DNA of 64,000 nucleotides from Octopus sinensis (Eukaryota), in assembly GCF_006345805.1 (NCBI RefSeq), contig NC_043015.1, positions 37,262,001 through 37,326,000 of the forward strand, given 5' to 3'. The notes below the pieces were generated by a model. That model saw only the letters and a list, made by a program, of their open reading frames with translations. It was not told the DNA's origin and made no database searches. The position numbers and the translations under genes were made by a program. Shown here piece by piece: positions 54,702-64,000 of the stretch. Each line of letters starts with the position of its first letter. Positions within the stretch are counted from its first letter, which is position 1.

Positions 54702-56326
54702 TGTATATATATAAAAGGAGAGAGAGAGAAAATGAGAAGGGATAGAAAGAGAGGGGAATGCAGGAATAAGCGAATTAGACAGATCAATGTATAAAATGTA
54801 TTAAATGCATGAAATACGAAAAATGTATATATGTATACACATAAAAAGGTCCTCTTTACACAGATTACGCATGGCCGCAGTCAAATGACTGAAACAAGTA
54901 AAATTGTAAAAGTCTTTCTGTATAAGTAACTTCAGAAAACCTCGTAATACTCGACAGTGATTGTAATGCCAGAATGTGCTCTGAGGTTTCGATACTGCTT
55001 CTAAGCTTCTACCTGTTCGATGGGCTGCCTACACTGTGTTGGAGCCATAAGGGCGATGCCAGACAAGTCCTATAGACAAATCTAACAAACGTCTGTGAAT
55101 GAAGAGTAATCTTTGCGATTGAACCTAGTTTCAGAGTGCTAAGTGGTGTGAATTTTACTTTTTTCCGATGGACATGTCCACGTTTTTATACCTATATGCT
55201 TAATTTATCAGATTTTCAGTTTTATAACTTTCTCCACTTCTTAACTTGCAATGACCTTGTCGGAAGGAACAACAACCGCAATCTAGCACTTCCTAGAACT
55301 GCTAGAGTGCAGCACCTCTTCAGATATAAATATTATTATATGGCTAAGTAAAATGGCGAGGGGGAGAACTAGAGCAGCGCAATCTGAATCTGTGATGCAA
55401 GCACTAGTGTAGCTAGAGCGTGTGCCACCCGAGGTGGCCCTTCCTTTTGCCGCCTCCGGACCCCACAAAAAAAAAAGATATTGCCTACGGACACCAAATA
55501 ATTCCTAAAGTAAATCCAGTACCATATATATTATTACTGGTGATGTCATTAGGTAGCCAATATTTGTGCACGAGCTTTACCCAGCAACCTACAAGGTCTT
55601 TGTCCGAATATATTTTTACTATGAGATAAAGAGATAGATACATAAATACACACATAAATACGTACATACATATACACATACATATATTTGGATGTATATA
55701 TATATATATATATATAAAACCAAACACAGAATTATATAAAAATACAACCATATATTAATGTGTGTGTGCTTGTGTGTATGCATACACACAGACATGCACA
55801 TTGATACATGTACACAGTGCAATATATATTTTCGCAATTTACTTCATCTCCCATAAGATTTAGCACTTTAAAATATATTATCAGAGAGTACGGGAGAGAG
55901 GGGGGAAGAGAGAAACAGTAAGAGACAGAGAGAGACAGAGAGGGGGATGGGAGATATATTGAGAGAGAATGAGAGAGCAACAGCATGTCTCTACATTTCT
56001 TCTGGCTGTACAAGGTTTGTTTACCATTCCATTTGCTCATTCTATCATTCAATTACTATTTCTCTTACTTGTTCTTCATTATAATTATGTTTTAATTTTA
56101 AATTTACACACAGGGCGGCCGTGCCTTTCTATACCTTCTGGCACGAAGATGTTTCCTCCCAATTTCCCTTGCATTTCAACTTACTTAATTAGTCTTCCTC
56201 TGCCTTTGTTTTCACACTAATTACATCATTAGAAATAATTATTCGCCATTCACCTTTTAGGGTTAACCCTTACACTTGCCCTTTTCTTGCAACTTCTCTA
56301 CAATCCGCCATAAACACCAACACGTT

Positions 56327-56363
<37 letters not shown>

Positions 56364-56399
56364 GAGATTTAAACGGCCCACTGAGGCATTAGTGTGCAG

Positions 56400-56900
56400 C
56401 GCTCAATAACAAACTCTCAGAACAAGCTATTCCCAATATCACATTGGGATTTTAACATGCAGTGCCACCAAGTCATAGAGGCAAGAAAACCAGATATCAT
56501 GCTCATCCATGAAGAAGAAAAATAAGCAATGGTAATAGATGTAGCAATACCAGGCGATTCGAGGGTGAAATGTAAGGAACCAGAAAAGAGTGGAAAGTAA
56601 CAGCCACTTCCAGATGAGTTAGGAAAGTTATGGAGCATGAGGAATGTACTGGTGATACCAGTGGTAATTGGAACATTAGAAGCAGTTACCAAGCACTTTA
56701 AAAAGGCAATAAAGAATATTGGAGCTGCTGTCAGGCTCGAAGAGACCTAGAAGACATCATTGTTGGGTACAGCTCGCATTCTAAGGAGAGAATTGTCTCT
56801 TTAAGTCACAGAAGAAGGCATGCCTTGAAACCTTTGTGATTTGTTATTGCTTGCTTTTAAGTAAAGAACCGGTAATTAAGAACTATTTGAGAGTCTTTCA
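56400..56900 (+). mobile_element. Degraded REL LINE 3' end, further family
   Basis: WDFNMQCHQVIEARKPDIMLI...VIDVAIPGD...VIPVVIGTL...KTSLLGTARILRRELSL*. Confidence 0.88.
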
Positions 56901-57549
56901 TAATAGACAAAATAAAAATGTCACCTTAGTCTTATGGATGTAGACAGCTGACACAATGCATCATACCCAGTAATAAAAGCTGTGAGTTTTAATAATAATA
57001 GTAATAGTAATAATAATAACTATAAGAATAATAATAATAATAATGATAATAGTAAGAAGAAGAGGAATTCTCTGAATTCTCGCTCTATTGTTCTGCCCCA
57101 TCCAGTCCTATACAAGCACAACAATAATATAACAATTGCATAGAAAACTTCATATGTGTATACATGTGTAATTATGTATATATCAATGTACATGTTTGGG
57201 TGCATATGGAATCACACACCCAGGTGTATACGCATGTATGTGCATGAAGATGTACATGTGTGTGCACGTGTGCTTATGTCGTTGTGTACTTATATGCATG
57301 TGTGTAGATATGAGCTCCTATGTGTGTACATATATGTATAACTGGGTACGCACATGTACGTATGCATATATATCTACATGCGCACACGTGCATGCACGCG
57401 TAAGCGCATGTGTATGCGTATATATATGTTTATATATGTGTGTGTATGCATAAATATATATATATATACATCTATATAGATATATGTATATATACACCTA
57501 TATACATACATAAATATATATGCATATATACACACACTCGCCATTTACC

Positions 57550-58340
57550 ACGAAGAATTTGTTCTCAAAAATGGCGAGTTTGACGTCTATATCTAGCATA
57601 CAGGCTGTCAACTGTTAGTGGTCATTCCTCTAAATTTTGTACGTATAAAATTTTTAATGTTCGTATATTTTTTAAATTATGCTAGTCCACTGGTTTTAAT
57701 TGATTAATATCAATGTCTACCCTTATTTAATTATATATATATACACACATATAACCCTCAACTAATTTTAAATATATTAGTTCTTTCAGTAATCATTTAA
57801 AGGTTATTACAAGAAATTTAGTTAGAAATATTTCTCTTGGACTTTCTAGATTATCTGCCAATGTTGATATCTTCAAAGATAAAGCCGAATTTTATAATTC
57901 TGCCTTGCTTAACGCAGGTTGTAAAGGAAGAAATTACCTATATTAACCCTATTGACATTAATTCTACCTCTGTTAAGCCGGACATGAAATCACGTCATAA
58001 CGATAACCATATAAATTTTAGTTCGAATAACGACACTAAATCGAAAAATGTAATTTTGCAGCGTAAGGGAGGTAACCGTTCTTTAAGCCCTTTTTCTTTT
58101 CGTTATAAATGTACATTTAGGTATTTTAAAGATAATTACCCTAATAACAAGGTATGTCCTAGCAAAACTGTTTGGTTGATAATTCCATACGGTAAGCAAC
58201 TCAAATCCAAGCTCCCTTATCAGAGAAGTTATAGATAAGAATTTCCCCCGAAAATTCAAGATACTATTCCATTATCCATTCACACCGAATCAGGATAGGG
58301 TTTTCAAACACCAAAAACCTTTCACAAATCATCTCTTGGC
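57550..58340 (+). mobile_element. Degraded Penelope-like remnant
   Basis: Residual NGEFDV and RT-thumb/linker-like segments in colinear order; many stops. Confidence 0.5.
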
Positions 58341-58833
58341 ATAACAATAAGTTGTTAAATACAACTTATATTGTAGGTTTGTTTAATCCCCATAGCTTAG
58401 CGGTGTGGCAGTTGAAGTGAAAGAGTAAGCGCACGGGTTAAAAATGAGCCCAAGGAGCGATTGGTTCCCATAAACATTTCAAGACGCCCTCACACTGCAA
58501 TGGTAGAAATTACAACCAGACAAACGAGGGTAGTAAAATATATAATTGTGTGCACGCGCACGCGTAGATATAAGTATGAAATATTGTATACATATTATAC
58601 TATATAATATTATATAATATCATTTAACGTGAATTATTTACAACTAATAATTTGTATTTCATAATTGTCCAGTTTTTGTTCTTCAAACACAATTTCCTAC
58701 TTTATGAAAATAGGAATTAGGAAAAATTAAATTTCAAATATAACGAGCGTAATTTTATGATGCATATTAACCGGTATTGCGTACAATCTGTATACATGTG
58801 CGCGTGTATATAAACATATATGTGCGTATGTGC

Positions 58834-58882
<49 letters not shown>

Positions 58883-58957
58883 TATATATACGCACACATG
58901 CACACTTATGGAAACGGATACATTGTATACTCTCACATAGTCAATTACGTATGTTTT

Positions 58958-58993
<36 letters not shown>

Positions 58994-59520
58994 TATATAT
59001 GTTATATATATATATACATGCACTAAGATATATATATATGCACTAAGATTTACATATGTGTATGAATGCAAGTGTGTGTCTATGTAATTGTGTATATGTC
59101 TGTGTACAAATTTAAGCGTTTATATATAATTTTCGTGTAGAAGATGCAATCATAACAAACATCGATGTAAACCTTGCAGCTTTCTTAGAAATCTCTTGTG
59201 AAATACTGGAAACAAATTTGGGTGAGGGTGGGAGTGAGGTGGAGAATAAAGGAGACAATTAGTTAAAGATTCGAAGATTTCTGATAAATTATTAAAAGTT
59301 CTATTGCGAAACGGCAATGAATATACAAGGAATATAATTGCAAGGGAATACGTGTGAGTGTATGCATGTATCTATGTACGCATATATGTGTGTATGCATC
59401 TATCTGTATGTATATACGCACACATACACACACACACATCTATATATGTGTGTGTGTGTTAATATTTGTATGAGACATATTTTCGTTATATATATATATA
59501 TATAATATATATAAACATAC

Positions 59521-59563
<43 letters not shown>

Positions 59564-59739
59564 TACATAAATGCGCATAAGGTTAAATATATACGCATAT
59601 ATGCACATAGATATGCCTACATACATGCAAACGTACATACACACACATACATTTATACCTCCATATGTACATGCATACATTATATATATATATATATAAT
59701 ATATATATATATATATAAACATATATATATATATAACAT

Positions 59740-59883
<144 letters not shown>

Positions 59884-60332
59884 AGTGACTATTCATTAAA
59901 ATGAAAAGGAGAGAAGTGGGGAGGTGCACTGTCAGAAGTAGCTGTGTTTGTGCCGTCAGCGAAACAGAAATGCAATTTGATGAATGGCCGCGAGATGACT
60001 AGAAATAATTTGTTATATAGGAACGCAGTTAATTTTCTAAAATTTGTTATATATATGACTCGATTTCCTTGTAAATATGTCCAAAATCACCCGAAATTTT
60101 CCCCGTGTTTTCAGGTCTTGTTTTCTTCACTATTCATATGTTTGTATTTTCCAGTTTTATAGCACCTCTTCCATATTCTCTCGATAATATTTCAGAAATA
60201 TCTACAAGCCAAACTGTACGCATGCACGTATATGTATATGTATATGTATGTATAAATATATATATATATATATACGTGTGTGTGCGAATACATATATATA
60301 TGCACACTCAAGCACATAAATAAATATATGTA

Positions 60333-60551
60333 GGCGGCAAGATGGCATAAACGATAGCACGCTCGGGCGGAATGAATGTTTAGCGCTATTTCGTCTGTCT
60401 CAACGCTCTAAGTTCAAATCCCGCCGAAGTCAACTTTGCCATTTATCCTTTCGGGGTCGATAAATTAAGTACCAGTTAGTTACTGCGGTTGCTCTAATCT
60501 ACTACCCCCCTCCACCCAGAATTTTCGTTTCTTGTGCCGACAGTAGGAAAA
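60333..60551 (+). mobile_element. Family A SINE, second tail type
   Basis: GGCGGCAAGATGGC...AAGTTCAAATCCCGCCGAAGTCAACTTTGCC...GGGGTCGATAAATTAAGTACCAG. Confidence 0.82.
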
Positions 60552-61260
60552 ATATATATGCGCATATACGCACACAATTGAATATTATAAGTATCATTAT
60601 TCGAACTTCTCCGTGTTGGACATTAAGAGCTACAGAGGTATTTAATCTGGTTCTTTGCGTTCAAAATCTAAATGCGTCTTATATCTAAGCAGATTTCTCC
60701 TATCGCGCTTGATTTACTAAAATGGCCAAGTACTGAGGTGAATAGCTATAGTCAACAATAACCAAGTAGTTTTTCCTGCATCATTAGATATTGTTACTGA
60801 TTGCTGACATGTAGATACAAGTTTTCGTATCTCTCATAAAGATACTAGATTTCAGGTGAAAAACTAGTAAGAAGAGTTTCAAACACACCTTATATATAAC
60901 AATATATTTGTGGGTTTCTCGGTGTGTGTATGAGTAATGTTTATTATAATATATAATATATATATATATATATATGTATGTATGCATTATATATATACGT
61001 AGTAAAAGTCAGGTGTCAGGGGTCAAGGTAAAATATGCATAAACTTTCTAGCAAACAGGTGTATCTTGTGCCCTGACTTTCAATATACATTTTGCCTATT
61101 TGGATTCTGTTTGCTGGCCACTTTATCATTATTCTTTTTAAAGATTGTGATAATTTATTTGAAGTTTGAGTTTATACTTGCTCATAAATGTTCATTTGGT
61201 AGTCGCGGAGCCTTCAGCCGAACAGGCGTACAAGGAATGGTAAATATATTTTTTTAAATG

Positions 61261-61349
61261 GGAAATGTAGTAAGCTTAGCTGATGAGCTTTAAGTGTCAA
61301 TTTGCCACAAACAGCGAAATCAATTGATACTGGGGTATCTACCATTTTC
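61261..61349 (+). ncRNA. Type I hammerhead ribozyme with intact catalytic core
   Basis: CTGATGA 61280-86; G10.1-C11.1 stem II GCT/AGC; GAAA 61316-19; stem III ATC-AATT-GAT; AUA cleavage triplet (after 61329); bipartite stem I CTTAG/CTGGG and GGAAATGTAG/CTACCATTTTC. Confidence 0.75.
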
Positions 61350-61547
61350 TTTGTAGTATGCACCAGCACATCATAAAACACAATATATATTAACCTGCAA
61401 AGATATAGCGTAAATGAAGAAAGCGAAAGAAGGAAGAGAAAATGAGGAAATATTTAACAATCATGCATTTAGAGATTTATTTTACTTCTAAAATCGTGTT
61501 CAAAAGCTGACTCCAGTAGACTGACCTCCTAATGCAAACTATAAAGT

Positions 61548-61602
<55 letters not shown>

Positions 61603-61603
<1 letters not shown>

Positions 61604-61790
61604 GGTTAGCGGTATTTGTTTGCCGTTACGTTCTGAGTTCAAATTCCGCCGAGGTCGACTTTGTTTTTCATCCTTTCGGGCTCGATAAATAAAGGACCAG
61701 TTACGCACTGGGGTCGACCTAATCGACTTAATCCCTTTGTCAATCCTTGTTTGTCCCCTCTATGTTTTTTAACCCCTTGTGGGCAACAAA
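61603..61790 (+). mobile_element. 5'-truncated family A SINE
   Basis: GTTACGTTCTGAGTTCAAATTCCGCCGAGGTCGACTTTG...CCCCTTGTGGGCAACAAAGAAA. Confidence 0.85.
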
Positions 61791-61800
61791 GAAATATATA

Positions 61801-61855
<55 letters not shown>

Positions 61856-61884
61856 ATATATACATATACATACATGTCTGCATG

Positions 61885-61925
<41 letters not shown>

Positions 61926-63496
61926 TATTAAAATAAACAGGAACGTGTACAAAAATCAATTAGACGTACACCAATATATATCAGATTGACGCTCAGTGAA
62001 ATTTTCTGAAGGAGAATAGGAGAGGAAATATCTTTTCGAGCATAGCTCTTTGTCAGAAAGATAAAAAAAAGTACGCAGAGGAAAAAGAAGACTAAGCATC
62101 AGATTATCTATCCAATCAGCTGCGAGAGAAATGTTACGAGTGCTCCTCGAACTAACCCGTTGTCCTTGCTTTGTACTGTGTCTTAATAATAATAATAAAA
62201 AGTGATGGTTATAGACAGTATTTATCTCAGCACAAGGTTTACTATTCTATGATGGCTGACAGGCTGGGTTAACGGCACCAGTAGCAAGGACGACGCTACC
62301 GAGGCAATACCGAGTTATACGTGATAAACTACTGAGTAAGTTGGTTCACTCTATGAAGATACGAAGTAGTAGTTACTCTATTGTGAAACACGGAATCGGC
62401 ATATAAACACACATATTCTCAGAACCTAAGTCAAATATTATCAATAATAAATGTACTCTGTCTATATGGAATTCTATATCATGTGTATTCCTGATGGTCG
62501 TTAAAACCATTTAAATTTTGCATGGCTAGATTTACAAGAATGAACGATCATATTGCAAAACTATTCATATTCAAGATGAAATGAAGATTTAAAAATTATT
62601 GGCATTTGCAGATTATAAATATAGCCAAACGATTTACGCTTAAATTGCTTCTGAAATAGTGAATATTTGTTAAATATTCAGACATAACTCTAGCGAACAT
62701 CATAAAATTCCGTTCAGCGTCATACCTATTAACGGTCTGTCTTAATAAAAGGTTATTAGTGTTGTGGTGCGTGAAGTAATCTCGATGGCAATTAGAGAAT
62801 TTCGATAAATATTTCAGACAAATTTTCAACGAATTTATTACTAAGTCTTGAATATTCTTCGATCAGGACATTGAATTTATAGATATTATTAATTCAATAA
62901 GCTAATCGCAGGAATTTATGTGTGTATGTGCGCGTGTGTATGGGAGAGAAGACAGACAGAGAAAGAGAGATGCAGAGAGGGAGAGAGGGAGAGAGAGAGA
63001 GAGAGAATGTAGTCTCCTGCAATTTACCCGAATACTTCTCTCTGCAGAAGTAAAATTCTTCTATATATAGGTATTTAGGTATATGTACGTGATATTGACA
63101 GTCGTTCTGTCTCCCTAGCAATAAATCCATAATAGTTTTCTGCTAATAAATCTGTTATACCTTGTATAGATTTGTGTGTATGTGCGTGCTTGTGCATGTG
63201 AGTGTGTGTGGAGGGGCGGGGTGGCTTTGTACGAATGTATACAGCGATATAGATTTATTCATACACACACACACATGGATATGTATGTATATATATACAT
63301 AAATATATACATACATGCATACATGCATATACATATGTCGCAGACTCTGTATTTATCTACCTATCTAATTATCTTTACCTTTATATCCATAACTTTCTAG
63401 CTATTTGTCTATCTAAAGTAAGTCTGAAATGAATTTACAATTTGTTAACTTTCAAGATATATAATATAGAAATCTTAAGGACAGACGGATGCTCAC

Positions 63497-63539
63497 CTTC
63501 TAAGAAGGGAAATGAAAGATCTTTAGGCCTACATGCATC
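63497..63539 (-). CDS. Weak candidate 43-nt exon DACRPKDLSFPFLE(G)
   Basis: Donor AAG|GTGAGC, acceptor TGTGTTATTAG, open frame. Confidence 0.2.
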
Positions 63540-63689
63540 CTAATAACACACGTCAGATTTAATACATAATTTTGGGAATGAATGTGGAAATGGTTAAATG
63601 GTTCCTCTGATATTATTATCATTATTATTATTAGCAACAACACCAACAACAATAATAATAATCGAATAACTAACCACTTACTTCAACGA

Positions 63690-63915
63690 AGCGTTCAATC
63701 GAATCATAGAGGGATATGAATTTCCAAACAGCTATAAATAGAAAAACAGCGAATAATTTGGTGTAATGTACCATTCCGCCGTAATATCTGTTCACCTATC
63801 GCCAAACGAGTCTTTTCCTTATTAGATAAACACTTTCTGAAGAATCAGACAAGCAACATCTGTAGAAATATCATATTTTAATAGAAATACTGTTAAATTT
63901 ACCTTCAGCAGGACA
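63690..63915 (+). mobile_element. Penelope-like linker remnant
   Basis: Degenerate match to the WFNPPYS...FL.LLDKHF...IFNRNTVK segment typical of Penelope ORFs. Confidence 0.65.
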
Positions 63916-64000
63916 TGTATGTGCAACGACAGAACTGGAAAGTATTAATCTTAAAGAGAATCTTTATTTGTGTAACGGATTTAATCCTCTAAATCATATT

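Noticed and set aside
55393-55480. GC-rich stretch resembling a hAT terminal repeat
   Set aside because: No matching second TIR or TSD was found in the window.

Overview
AT-rich, repeat-saturated animal genomic DNA with no long intact host ORF. The SINE families, REL-type LINEs, Penelope remnants and dense (TA)n/(CA)n/(TAA)n/(GAA)n arrays look like a coleoid cephalopod (Octopus-like) intron or intergenic region; this taxon call is inference from repeat pattern recognition. Most ORFs in the supplied track are microsatellite translation artefacts. Supportable elements: an internally deleted mariner with TIRs and TA TSD (120-809); many tRNA-derived SINEs of about three families, two with clear 17-bp TSDs; an RTE 3' end; several R4/NeSL-like restriction-endonuclease (REL) LINE copies, including a young 2.4-kb 5'-truncated copy (38768-41197) heading a head-to-tail pile-up in (TAA)n arrays; Penelope-like RT/GIY-YIG remnants; a non-autonomous Helitron; and two MITEs. 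Best leads: a type I hammerhead ribozyme with an intact core and palindromic stem III (61261-61349) plus a decayed second one (34712-34778); a perfect 92-bp inverted repeat (3962-4196); two small, well-spliced, same-phase Cys-containing candidate exons 30 kb apart on the minus strand (7270-7325, 37939-37997); an unexplained GC-rich coding-like island (7585-7835); and a conserved duplicated 53-bp block (31151/33234).
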